Shown: positions 21,098 to 30,446, counted from the first letter of the stretch. The stretch is DNA of 38,063 nt from an uncultured Pseudomonadota bacterium (GCA_913020725.1 CAJWCD010000014.1:1-38063); one strand, 5' to 3'. Numbers and translations: made by a program. Notes: generated by a model from the letters alone, not told the origin.

Positions 21098-21649
21098 ATG
21101 CCACGTTCTCGTCTCACCATTGCCAGTTTCATTGCCAGCGCAACTCTGGTTGCGAGCGTTATTGCCAGCTTTGGTTTTGCCATTGGCTGGGACAAGCAGG
21201 ACGTGCGTCGCCAGAACCAACTGCTCCGGCAGATCATCCGTGACCGGACAACGGCCCGAAAAAGCACCTATGCTCCCAAAACCGAGCGCCGGGTCGCACC
21301 GCATTTGCGGAAAATGTATGCAAGGGAGGGAGGGGCGATTCCCGGAGAAAACAACTCCGGGGTGCGACCGGCGCGTCCGGTCTTCGGGGGTGGGGATGTG
21401 CCCAGCCGTGCCGATGATGCGACCCGACCGACCCACGTCACGAAGCGCGAGTCGCGGGCACCGTTCATGGGAGACGCCAGTGCCCGCACTCAAAATTACC
21501 GCCTCAGCAGCGGAAACCTCACCCCAATTTTCTCGAACAACCCCTCTTCCGGGGTGCGGCTACATGTCATGAAGGTCGGGCAGCGCCAGCACCTCCAGCA
21601 GACCAGCTTGCAGCTTCAGCAGATCATCCGCAACACGATGTCGCGCTGA
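21098..21649 (+). CDS. Hypothetical exported or membrane-anchored protein
   Basis: Fills the gap and converges on the next gene with 5 nt between stops; N-terminal hydrophobic helix; no recognised family. Confidence 0.55.
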   Translation: MPRSRLTIASFIASATLVASVIASFGFAIGWDKQDVRRQNQLLRQIIRDRTTARKSTYAPKTERRVAPHLRKMYAREGGAIPGENNSGVRPARPVFGGGDVPSRADDATRPTHVTKRESRAPFMGDASARTQNYRLSSGNLTPIFSNNPSSGVRLHVMKVGQRQHLQQTSLQLQQIIRNTMSR

Positions 21650-21654
21650 CGGCG

Positions 21655-22473
21655 TCAACGCCGCCGCCGCAGGATCGTCGGCAGGTGAAGTTGGTCGCTC
21701 TTGTAATCTCCCGCCAGCAGCGCCATCATCAAGTTCACATACAACCGCAGCCGCACCTCGTCCACCGGCGGATTGCTGTCCACATGCAGGGGCGAATGTT
21801 TGAAGCGGAACCAGCCCCACTTGGGCGCAGTGTTGAGGAGCAGCGCCGGGCGTTCGTCCAACTCCAGCAGAAAAATCGGGGTGCCTCCCGAACCCAGCAG
21901 CATCCGCTTTCCGAGTAGGTAGAAGCTAAAAGAGAGCGTGTGCCCCCGGTGCAGTGGACTCCAACTGGTGCCGGGATAGAGCGCACGCCCCCATGCCCGC
22001 CACGCCTTGGAACGATCCGGACCTTTCGGACACGCATCGAGGAACAGCGTTCCTCCTGCCGCAAAGAAATCCCGCCAAGCAAAACGCTCTTGCTGGGATA
22101 AATCCAGTGGAGTTTGGCACATCTCCAGATGCAGGAACGGATACTCCACGAGTTGCATAGGCTCGTAGCGGACCCACTGTTGTTGAGGATGCAACCGCAG
22201 GGTGGTGCGCCCCTCAATCGCGGCACGAATCCGAGGGATGGGTTCTGGTGGTGGTGGCATTTTAGTGCCAAACCAGAGCGTGCGCCACTCCATCCGATCC
22301 AACGCCACCATTGCCTCCGGAGTCAACGCTTCGGGGGGTTGCACTTGTGCGAAGGCAGAAACTCCGGAAAACAGCAGGCCAGCTATGCACAATAGCCGTA
22401 GGGCGGAACAAGCAGAGCGGTTCCACAACAATAACTGTCCGAGTTGCACAACTGCTGCTCTCCCTTCACTCAT
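21655..22473 (-). CDS. DUF4159-like domain protein
   Basis: EYPFL, GGTLFLD, H.LSFSFYLL and C-terminal VNLMMALLAGDYKSDQLHLPTILRRR. Start uncertain. Confidence 0.7.
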   Translation of the reverse strand: MSEGRAAVVQLGQLLLWNRSACSALRLLCIAGLLFSGVSAFAQVQPPEALTPEAMVALDRMEWRTLWFGTKMPPPPEPIPRIRAAIEGRTTLRLHPQQQWVRYEPMQLVEYPFLHLEMCQTPLDLSQQERFAWRDFFAAGGTLFLDACPKGPDRSKAWRAWGRALYPGTSWSPLHRGHTLSFSFYLLGKRMLLGSGGTPIFLLELDERPALLLNTAPKWGWFRFKHSPLHVDSNPPVDEVRLRLYVNLMMALLAGDYKSDQLHLPTILRRRR

Positions 22474-22650
22474 TGGTCATCGATTCGTGAGTTGCAATCC
22501 CCATCCAGCAGATCAAATGGATTTCATCAGGTTCAATGGGAGGCAATGGCTTGGGAGGCGCGCACGGTTCTAAACCTTGCTGCTCAACTCCCTCGAAGCC
22601 AGGCAGGAAATAATCGGGGGACATCGGGTTGTGTATCTCAGCAGTGTGGT

Positions 22651-22685
22651 GTTGGGCACGGTCTAGCGGCCTATGCCCAACCTAT
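22651..22685 (-). repeat. REP-like palindrome
   Basis: Minus strand ATAG-GTTGGGCA-TAGGCCGCTAGACCG-TGCCCAAC: perfect 8-bp outer stem, inner hairpin, GTAG-like 5' tetranucleotide. Confidence 0.5.
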
Positions 22686-22771
22686 CCTTTGTTCACAAGA
22701 TTGATACACTATTATCTGTTCCAACAGAAGACAACTTCTATTCGGCAATTTCTAGGGAAAGAAAAAACGTT

Positions 22772-25700
22772 ATGCATTTTGATTATCGACTCTGGGCATT
22801 CACTCAAGGGGTTCGGGGGCGAATCGTCTGCTCGGTTCTGATCGGGTTGGTTGCAACCGGGCTAGGGGTGGCCCGCCTCGCCCTCTTGGGTTGGCTGATT
22901 GGCCTTATTCTTGTCGGCAAAGAGGTTGCTGAGCTTGTTCTGCCGATCACAGTTGCCGCCTCCGTAATGCTACTGCGGGGTCTCTTTGAACACTGGCGGA
23001 CGGTGATTGCGCACAAAACCGCAGCACTTGTCCAGAAGCAACTGCGCCGTCGCCTCTATGACGAGATCATGAATCTGGGTCCAGGTTATGCGGGTCGGCA
23101 AAGGTCCGGGGAACTTGTGCTCTCGCTGGTTGATGGGGTTGAGCAGTTGGAGACATATTTCGGACAGTACCTGCCCCAACTGATGGTCTCGGCATTCACT
23201 CCGGTGCTGATTTTTGGTTTTGTCGCGTTCCTTGATTTCCCGGTCGCCGCCATCCTGCTTGCGGCGGCGGTCGTGGCCTTGGTGGCCCCTGTTGCTTGGC
23301 ACAAGTTCGACACTAAAAAGTCCTTGGAGCGCCAACGGGCCTATGCCGCATTTGCCGCAGAGTTCTTGGACTCCATTCAGGGGCTAGCAACGCTCAAGGC
23401 CTTTGGACAAAGCCGTGCCCGCGCAGACCTCCTGACAGAACGAGCTCGGGAGCTTTTTCGCAGCACCATGTGGGTGCTAGCAACCAACTCCCTTGCGAGA
23501 GGCATCACTGATTGCTCCATCGCCGTCGGGGCGGCCACTGCGCTGGGGTTCGGAGCCTACCGGGTGACGGTCGGCGAGATGGGACTTACAACGCTGATTA
23601 TCATCCTGATGATGGGCGTTGAAATCTTCCGCCCCCTGCGTGACCTCCGTACCGTGCTGCACCAAGGGATGGTCGGACTCTCGGCGGCGCAAGGGGTGTA
23701 TCGGATTCTTGACGCCGAGCCGGTCGTTCGGGACGAGCATTCCGGAAAAGTGCCGTCCCGCTTGGACCCTGCGATTGCCTTTGAATCTGTGAGTTTCCGT
23801 TACCCCGGACACCGACGCACGGTGCATGATCATCTTGATTTCAAAATCATGCCGGGCGAACGTGTCGGCATCGTCGGATCGAGTGGTTGTGGCAAGTCCT
23901 CGATCGTGCGGCTTCTGCTGCGGTTCTATGATCCTATCGCAGGGGGTGTGCGGCTGGGGGGACACGACCTGCGGGACTTGTCTTTAGAAGAGATTCGCAA
24001 GGAGGTCTCGGTGGTTCATCAAGACACCTTTCTGTTCCACGGAACGGTCGCGGAAAACATCCGGATGGGGCGTCCTAATGCAAGTGAATCGGAAATCGCC
24101 AATGCCGCGAGATTCGCCAACATCCATGATTTTGTGGCGGCGCTGCCCGATGGGTACGACACGATCATTGGCGAGAAGGGCATCAAACTGTCTGGAGGAC
24201 AGCGTCAACGGGTGGCGATTGCGAGAGCTTTGCTACGGGATTCCCCCATCTTGGTTTTGGACGAGGCCCTCTCCGCCGTTGACGCCGAGAATGAAGCCGT
24301 CATCCAACAAGCCCTTGATCGTTTGATGAAAGACCGGACCACTCTGGTTTTGGCTCATCGGCTTTCAAGCGTGATCAATTGCGACCGCATCCTAGTGCTG
24401 GATCAGGGAAGGGTCGTCGAATCCGGAACTCATGCAAGCTTGATGACACAGGAGGGGATTTACGCGAGCCTCATGTCCGAACAGGTTCGCGAAGCAGATT
24501 CTGCAGTGCTTGCTGTGAGAGACGACCCCCTTCCAATGAATTCCGGGACGACAGAGGACGCTCTAGCGACTGTGCTACAAACACCGACCGAGGGCATCGT
24601 CAAGGCGGAGGGGCTGAACTGGCAGCAGGTGATCGCAGTGTTGATGCAGCATATCCTACCGTGGAAGGGCAGGCTGACCCTCACCTTCACCTTCGGAGTG
24701 CTGCGTATGTTGGCGTTCATTGGTGTTGGCGTTTTCGGTGCCCTGATCGTGCTTGCGCTGAGAAACGGAACAGACTTCGCCCCCTACCTCGTCGCGCTTG
24801 CCGTCACGGCCCCACTTTCAGGGATCCTCCACTGGTTCGAATCGTGGATCGCCCACGACATGGCCTTCCGGCTGCTTGCGGAGATGCGGGTGAACGTTTT
24901 CCGCAAACTCGACCAGCTTGCTCCAGCGTACCTCGTGCGCCGCCGCACGGGGGATTTGATGGGCATCGCCACACAGGATGTGGAGTTGGTGGAGTACTTC
25001 TTTGCGCACACGGTGGCCCCAGCGTTTGTCTCGGTGCTGGTGCCCACCGCAGTGGTCGTGGTGCTGGCCACAATCAGCCCGTGGATGGCTTTGGCGTTGC
25101 TGCCCTTCCTGCTCGCGGTTGGCGTCAGCCCGTTTTTGATGCGTGGCCGTGTGGACCACCTTGGCTCCCAAGCCCGGGAAGCGGCGGGGGAGCTTTCTGC
25201 TCATGCGATTGATTCGGTGCAGGGGGTTGCCGAAATCGTCGCGTATCAGCAGGAACAACAGCGGGGAAATGCGTTTGAGCGGCTTACGGACCGACACATC
25301 GCCCTGCGGCTGCCCTTCTTCGCACAACTGACCCTTCAGAATACCTTACTGGAGGTTTTCACAGGCTGGGGAGGACTCGCAGTCGTGTCCACGGGGGCGG
25401 TGCTCACAAGCAGTGGTGCCATTGATGCCGGAGTGCTGCCGCTGCTCACGATTCTCGCGATGGCGGCGTTTCTGCCGGTCTCCGAGATTGCACAAATTGG
25501 TCGGCAGCTGGCGGATACCCTTGGGGCGACACGACGGATCTATGCGCTGGAAAACGAACCCGTGCTGGTTGCTGATGGCACCGGTGCCGAAAACACGAAG
25601 CCGCAATCCGCGCTTTCCCTCTCAGAGGTCAACTTCGCCTACCCCGGAAGGTCCCGGCGAGTCCTTGCAGATGTCAGCTTTGAGATTCCTGCCGGAAAGA

Positions 25701-26362
25701 CGGTCGCGCTGGTCGGCCCTTCGGGGGCCGGAAAAACCACTCTGGCCCAACTGCTGATGAGGTTCTGGGATCCCCATGAAGGGACCATCACGTTGAGAGG
25801 AGGCGATCTGCGAGATTTTCCGCTGGATGACCTGCGCTCCCAAATCGCGCTGGTTGCCCAGGACACCTATCTCTTCAACAACACGCTCCGGGAAAACATC
25901 CTCATCGCCAAACCAGAAGCCTCCGAGACCGAGTTGCACCAAGCGGTGGAACTTGCGGCACTCTCCGAACTCGTGGAGAGCCTCCCCGAGGGCTTGGAGA
26001 CCCCAGTGGGCGAACGCGGATCCAGCCTCTCCGGAGGTGAGCGCCAGCGGGTGGCGATCGCACGGGCTTTCCTGAAGGATGCCCCCATCCTGATTCTGGA
26101 TGAGGCCACCTCTCACCTCGATGCGCTCAGCGAACAAAGCGTGCGCAACGCCCTCGACCGACTCAAGGCGGATCGAACCACCGTGATCATCGCTCACCGA
26201 CTCTCCACCATCCGGGAGGCCGACCGGATCATCGTTCTTGATGAGGGACGGGTGGTGGAAGCCGGCACGCATTCCGAGTTGCTGAAGCAAGGTGGCCTCT
26301 ACGCTAGGTTGGTTTCCCGACAGCTTGGGGGAGTACGAGGAAGCCGTCAGCTTCTGTCCTGA
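22772..26362 (+). CDS. Fused four-domain ABC transporter (TMD-NBD-TMD-NBD), CydD/CydC-like halves
   Basis: NBD1 GSSGCGKS/LSGGQ/ILVLDE/AHRL; NBD2 GPSGAGKT/LSGGE/ILILDE/AHRL; two membrane domains. Start set at ATG 22772. Confidence 0.9.
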   Translation: MHFDYRLWAFTQGVRGRIVCSVLIGLVATGLGVARLALLGWLIGLILVGKEVAELVLPITVAASVMLLRGLFEHWRTVIAHKTAALVQKQLRRRLYDEIMNLGPGYAGRQRSGELVLSLVDGVEQLETYFGQYLPQLMVSAFTPVLIFGFVAFLDFPVAAILLAAAVVALVAPVAWHKFDTKKSLERQRAYAAFAAEFLDSIQGLATLKAFGQSRARADLLTERARELFRSTMWVLATNSLARGITDCSIAVGAATALGFGAYRVTVGEMGLTTLIIILMMGVEIFRPLRDLRTVLHQGMVGLSAAQGVYRILDAEPVVRDEHSGKVPSRLDPAIAFESVSFRYPGHRRTVHDHLDFKIMPGERVGIVGSSGCGKSSIVRLLLRFYDPIAGGVRLGGHDLRDLSLEEIRKEVSVVHQDTFLFHGTVAENIRMGRPNASESEIANAARFANIHDFVAALPDGYDTIIGEKGIKLSGGQRQRVAIARALLRDSPILVLDEALSAVDAENEAVIQQALDRLMKDRTTLVLAHRLSSVINCDRILVLDQGRVVESGTHASLMTQEGIYASLMSEQVREADSAVLAVRDDPLPMNSGTTEDALATVLQTPTEGIVKAEGLNWQQVIAVLMQHILPWKGRLTLTFTFGVLRMLAFIGVGVFGALIVLALRNGTDFAPYLVALAVTAPLSGILHWFESWIAHDMAFRLLAEMRVNVFRKLDQLAPAYLVRRRTGDLMGIATQDVELVEYFFAHTVAPAFVSVLVPTAVVVVLATISPWMALALLPFLLAVGVSPFLMRGRVDHLGSQAREAAGELSAHAIDSVQGVAEIVAYQQEQQRGNAFERLTDRHIALRLPFFAQLTLQNTLLEVFTGWGGLAVVSTGAVLTSSGAIDAGVLPLLTILAMAAFLPVSEIAQIGRQLADTLGATRRIYALENEPVLVADGTGAENTKPQSALSLSEVNFAYPGRSRRVLADVSFEIPAGKTVALVGPSGAGKTTLAQLLMRFWDPHEGTITLRGGDLRDFPLDDLRSQIALVAQDTYLFNNTLRENILIAKPEASETELHQAVELAALSELVESLPEGLETPVGERGSSLSGGERQRVAIARAFLKDAPILILDEATSHLDALSEQSVRNALDRLKADRTTVIIAHRLSTIREADRIIVLDEGRVVEAGTHSELLKQGGLYARLVSRQLGGVRGSRQLLS

Positions 26363-26478
26363 CTCCAGAGCCTTGATCCAGAGCTGGACACAGTGCCCAT
26401 TCGTTGCTACCCTTGAGCTTGTGCGATCTCAACACTCTGGGCTTTTGCCCCTTCATTCAATCCCCATGAGGACTGGCC

Positions 26479-26832
26479 ATGAAAATCAATGTAACCGTCA
26501 AGGGCGATCAACAGGAATTTCTGAACAACGCATCGAATGATTATTCGCTGGGAGGAGCAGACCAAGCCATCCGGTCTTTGGTCAAGTATTCACTGACTCA
26601 GGAGGAGAATGACCAGATTTTTAGTGAAATCCGCTGTGCCGGAGAGTGCTACTCTGCTGACCAAGCCATCCCGGTTGAACTGGAGGACGAAGCCATTGCA
26701 AAGCTGAAGGAGATTTTCCAGCAGTACGACTTTGAGGATTACGACTCCGAGGAGGAGGAATTGGGCAAGACCATTCGGTGTCTGATCAATTTTGCAAATC
26801 AGGATGGAGACCTGAGCCAGATTTTTTCTTGA
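26479..26832 (+). CDS. Hypothetical acidic protein with an internal tandem duplication
   Basis: GAGGA upstream of the ATG; halves end in AIRSLVKY...DQIFS and TIRCLINF...SQIFS. Confidence 0.75.
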   Translation: MKINVTVKGDQQEFLNNASNDYSLGGADQAIRSLVKYSLTQEENDQIFSEIRCAGECYSADQAIPVELEDEAIAKLKEIFQQYDFEDYDSEEEELGKTIRCLINFANQDGDLSQIFS

Positions 26833-26851
26833 TGTGGAAGTGTCAGGTACG

Positions 26852-28093
26852 TTACGAATGCGCCGCGATCCAGTCGAGTAGAGCGGCGGCGATGGCGGGT
26901 TTGCCGAGGTGCCGAGTGGGTTCTGAGTCTGGAGCAATCAACCACGCAATGTGCTGCCCAGCCGCAGAGCATTCTTCTCCACGGTTGGCGACCACGAGTT
27001 GGAAGCCCCCCTTGGCGAGGAAATTCTTGGCGGTGTCCATGAAGTGTTCGTGGCTGTCGCCCTCCTCGTACTTGAAGGCGACCATGCCAAGCTTGGGATA
27101 GCGTTCCCGGATCATCCGCACGACCTTTTGGGTGGCGACCAGCGGCAGGCTCAAATCCTGCCCACTGGGGAGTTTTCCGTCATACACCGTCTTGGGTTGG
27201 TAATCTGCCACCGCCGCTGTGAAGATCCCCCAATCCATGCTTCCAGCGTCCAGCCGCTCCTGCAACACGCGCACATAGTCGTTGTAGGTCGAGATGTGGT
27301 GGGTCGGAAAATACTCCGGAGCGATGGCGGACCCCTTGCCTAGCACGAGTTCGCTGCTCGCGCCGCGCAGCCACGCTTCGCCAGTGAGTTGGATGCCCAA
27401 GCCGCCGGTGAACACGGTGGTGATGCGTCGCACATGGTCAATGGGCACTGGGGTGGGGCCTCCAGTGACAATGATTTTTTTTCCACGCAAGGGCTCGCCG
27501 CTGAGGGCGCGGATGGTGGCGGCGACCATGGTTTCGAGCGCGGCAAGGTGATTTTTCCCCTGCTCCTGCCGAGGTGGAATGAGGGTGGCCCCGAGCGCCT
27601 GCAAGCGGGCGAACGATTCGGAGAGGATGCGGTTGTGCAGGGTGCCGTGCATTGCCGGAGCGAACAGCACTGCGGCCTGTCCCATTTCCTGTCGTCCCAG
27701 TGCCGAAGCGAGCGTGGTGGTTACAACAGAATCCGCGATGCCGAGTGCCGCCTTGTTGATCGTGTTGTACGAAGCCGGGGCGACGAGGTAGGCGTCAAAC
27801 GGGTGGGATTCGGAAAGGTGCTCGGCCTCGCCTGTGAAGGAATCACAGACCGGATGCAGCGAGGTCCACTCCAAGGTCTGCTTGGTGACATAGGACAGTG
27901 CCTCACGGGAGGCGTACACGAACACCTCGGCCCCCTCGCGTCGTAGGTCGCGGATCAGGTCCGGAGTGCGGTAAGCTGCGATGCTCCCCGTGATCAGCAA
28001 GGCGATGCGCCTGCCTGCAAGGTGAGTTCCGGTTTGTTTGATGTCACGATCCGCAAGTTCCGAGGAAGGCGGTGGGTTTTGAATCCAGTCCAT
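26852..28093 (-). CDS. coaBC: Bifunctional phosphopantothenoylcysteine decarboxylase/synthetase, atypical
   Basis: ITGSIAAY, VAPASYNTINKAALGIAD, APAMH, VTGGPT..PID.VR, AAVADY, VAFKYE, VVAN. Confidence 0.85.
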   Translation of the reverse strand: MDWIQNPPPSSELADRDIKQTGTHLAGRRIALLITGSIAAYRTPDLIRDLRREGAEVFVYASREALSYVTKQTLEWTSLHPVCDSFTGEAEHLSESHPFDAYLVAPASYNTINKAALGIADSVVTTTLASALGRQEMGQAAVLFAPAMHGTLHNRILSESFARLQALGATLIPPRQEQGKNHLAALETMVAATIRALSGEPLRGKKIIVTGGPTPVPIDHVRRITTVFTGGLGIQLTGEAWLRGASSELVLGKGSAIAPEYFPTHHISTYNDYVRVLQERLDAGSMDWGIFTAAVADYQPKTVYDGKLPSGQDLSLPLVATQKVVRMIRERYPKLGMVAFKYEEGDSHEHFMDTAKNFLAKGGFQLVVANRGEECSAAGQHIAWLIAPDSEPTRHLGKPAIAAALLDWIAAHS

Positions 28094-28205
28094 GTTAGAG
28101 TGTTTGTGAAGTTGCTGTGCAGGTTGGCGGTCTTGTCAAACTCCGTATCCCAACACAAACGCTGCGTTTTTCCAAGCGACTTTCAGCAAAAGCAACCTGC
28201 GGCAC

Positions 28206-29117
28206 TCAGAAAAGGTTGGCCGCCAGTTCTGCTAGAGCCGAGCGTTCGCCTTTATGCAAGGTGACATGTCCGGCAATTGGGTGCGACTTGAAGCGTTCGA
28301 CGAGGGTGCTGAGTCCGTTCGAGTTTGAGTTCACAGAGGCGTTGTCAATCTGGTGCGGGTCGCCGGTAAAGATGATCTTCGTGCCCTCACCAACCCGTGT
28401 GACAATGGTCTTCATCTCGTGGGGGGTGAGATTTTGCGCCTCGTCCACAATCATGTACTGGTTCGGAATGCTGCGACCCCGGATGTAGGTGAGGGGTTCC
28501 ACGACCAGCAAGCCCTGTTCGATCAGTTCCTGATACCCCTGCCGTCCCTTGCGGTCGCCCCCACGTTGGTAGATGAGCAACTCCAGGTTGTCGAAAATGG
28601 GCTGCATCCACGGAGCCAGTTTGTCCTGCACCTCGCCCGGCAGGTAGCCGAGGTCGCGGCCCATCGGGAAGATTGGGCGGGAGACGAGCATCCGGGAGTA
28701 GCGCTGCTCCATCAGCATCGCATGGAGTCCGGAAGCCAAGGCCAGCAGCGTCTTTCCAGTTCCGGCCTTGCCGCTCAGTGTGACGATGGAGATGCTGGGA
28801 TCGATCAGCAGGTGCAGGGCAAAGCGTTGCTCAGGATTCCGCGCCTCCATCCCCCAGAGTGTGGGACTGTCCTCCAGCTTGCGGAGTTGTCCGGACGCGG
28901 CCTCGTAGAGCGTGAGGGCTTCGGCATCAGGGTGATCGGAGTGCAGCAGCACCCCTTCGTTGGGTTGCAGCGGCGGGAGGATTTTCAAGCGCAGAGCACC
29001 TGTGCGCTCCAGTTCCTGCAACTGTGCTGGCTTCACAGCGAGTGTCCGGAAGCCTGAGTAGGCCTCGTTGGCCTCGGCAGGATCGGACTGGAAAACTTGC
29101 GGAATATGCAGCTCCAA
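28206..29117 (-). CDS. PhoH-family ATPase (PhoH2-like C-terminal part), no intact PIN domain
   Basis: ARNPEQRFAL, GKAGTGKT, LGYLPG..QDKLAPWMQPIFDNL, LTYIRGRS, DEAQNLT, GDPHQID. Start uncertain: TTG 29117, or TTG 29210 which would overlap plsC. Confidence 0.85.
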   Translation of the reverse strand: MELHIPQVFQSDPAEANEAYSGFRTLAVKPAQLQELERTGALRLKILPPLQPNEGVLLHSDHPDAEALTLYEAASGQLRKLEDSPTLWGMEARNPEQRFALHLLIDPSISIVTLSGKAGTGKTLLALASGLHAMLMEQRYSRMLVSRPIFPMGRDLGYLPGEVQDKLAPWMQPIFDNLELLIYQRGGDRKGRQGYQELIEQGLLVVEPLTYIRGRSIPNQYMIVDEAQNLTPHEMKTIVTRVGEGTKIIFTGDPHQIDNASVNSNSNGLSTLVERFKSHPIAGHVTLHKGERSALAELAANLF

Positions 29118-29188
29118 GTTAGGTTTCTCATTGAACTCAACTCCGAGGGCAGCAAGCCACGCTCGGAGACAAACCTTGTCAATGATTG

Positions 29189-29932
29189 ATGATCCTACGC
29201 ACCCTGTCAAGCCTTGCTGTGCTTCTGCGCATCAACTGGACCACCTTGAGGTATGTGGTGGCCACGCTCGTGTCTGCCAAGCGCAAGCGCTTGACACGGC
29301 AAGCCGCGGACCAAATCCTCTACGACTGGTCCCGCGACCTGTTGGCGCTCCTCAAAGTGCGCGTTCGCATCGAGAATCCTTTTGGCGTGGAACTCACCCC
29401 CGGACATCCGTGGGTTGTCATGAGCAACCATCGCAGCTATTATGACATTCCTCTGCTCTTCATGGCGTTCCCCCACGGACTCCGGATGGTCGCAAAGGCC
29501 GAACTCTTCAAGCTGCCCATCTGGAAAGTTGGACTGGAAGCCGGAGAGTTCATCAAGATGGATCGCAAGAACCCTGCTGGAGCCGCAGCCTCCATCAAGG
29601 AAGCCACGGTACGCATGGAGAGTGGCATCGCCGTAATGATCTTCCCGGAAGGCACCCGCGCTCGTGGCAACGCCATGTTGCCGCTCAAGAAAGGTGGCTT
29701 CATGATGGCCCAGCAAGCGGGAGCATCCATTGTGCCGGTTGGCATTCGGGGCACAGGGGTGGTTATGCCTGCGGACAAGCTTCAGTTCCACTGGGATCAG
29801 GAAGTGGAACTGCACATCGGACGTCCCGTGGACGCATCGTGTTACTCCTCCCGGCAGCGGGTGGACCTGATGAACGAGGTAGAAACCCAACTCCGGCAAC
29901 TGTCCGGGGAACTTCCGGCGGCTGCCGCCTGA
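29189..29932 (+). CDS. plsC: 1-acyl-sn-glycerol-3-phosphate acyltransferase
   Basis: SNHRSYYD (HX4D), AKAELF, IFPEGTR, IVPVGI. Confidence 0.88.
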   Translation: MILRTLSSLAVLLRINWTTLRYVVATLVSAKRKRLTRQAADQILYDWSRDLLALLKVRVRIENPFGVELTPGHPWVVMSNHRSYYDIPLLFMAFPHGLRMVAKAELFKLPIWKVGLEAGEFIKMDRKNPAGAAASIKEATVRMESGIAVMIFPEGTRARGNAMLPLKKGGFMMAQQAGASIVPVGIRGTGVVMPADKLQFHWDQEVELHIGRPVDASCYSSRQRVDLMNEVETQLRQLSGELPAAAA

Positions 29933-29947
29933 CACAAGGAAACATTT

Positions 29948-30412
29948 ATGAGCCTGCAACTCCCTACAGGTCTGGAACCTGACACTCTCAACGAAACCCA
30001 GAAACACTGGCTGGCGGTTGCCATTTGCAGTGCGATCACCGCCGATGGCAACATTGCACCAGAGGAAATCCAGTACATGGAGCGGGCCTTGGGATTCCTC
30101 GAATCCAAGTCGGAGGCGAACAAGATCATCCAAGCGGTCAAGGATCAGAAACTCCCCAAGCTCGAACGCTTTCCGGAGGGCACCCGCCAAATCGAGGTGC
30201 AGATCTTCATTGAACTCCTGCTCGTGGTCTGCGCGGACAACGTGCTGGGCACCAACGAAATTGACTTCCTGCTCACGATTGGCCGCAAGCTCGGGTTCGG
30301 ACGCGAGTACGTCCGCATCACCATCCGCTGGGCCAGCGAGGGGATTGTCTGGAAACGCAAGATGCACAACATCATCCGCATGGGCAGCGAACTTCAGGCC
30401 GAGTACGCATGA
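29948..30412 (+). CDS. TerB-like (tellurite resistance / DjlA N-terminal) family protein
   Basis: Two ADGxxxxEE-type motifs (ADGNIAPEE; ADNVLGTNE...IGRKLG); AAGGA upstream. Confidence 0.72.
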   Translation: MSLQLPTGLEPDTLNETQKHWLAVAICSAITADGNIAPEEIQYMERALGFLESKSEANKIIQAVKDQKLPKLERFPEGTRQIEVQIFIELLLVVCADNVLGTNEIDFLLTIGRKLGFGREYVRITIRWASEGIVWKRKMHNIIRMGSELQAEYA

Positions 30413-30446
30413 TTCCCACATCTGCTAACTCATAGCCACTTTCACT

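Noticed and set aside
22540..22610. Possible cobalamin riboswitch upstream of the fused ABC transporter (GGGAG...CGGT..AAACC..GCTGC.CAACT...AAGCCAG)
   Set aside because: Only scattered resemblance; the CCCGC.ACTGT core and B12-box pairing are missing. An Rfam cmscan would settle it.
28118..28200. GCAGGTTG...CAACCTGC inverted repeat between the PhoH gene and coaBC
   Set aside because: 8-bp arms about 65 nt apart, no target duplication or second copy; compatible with chance.
29207..30421. 404-aa minus-strand ORF as the missing PhoH N-terminus
   Set aside because: Antisense shadow of plsC and the TerB-like gene, separated from PhoH by a stop and frame change, with no PIN motifs.
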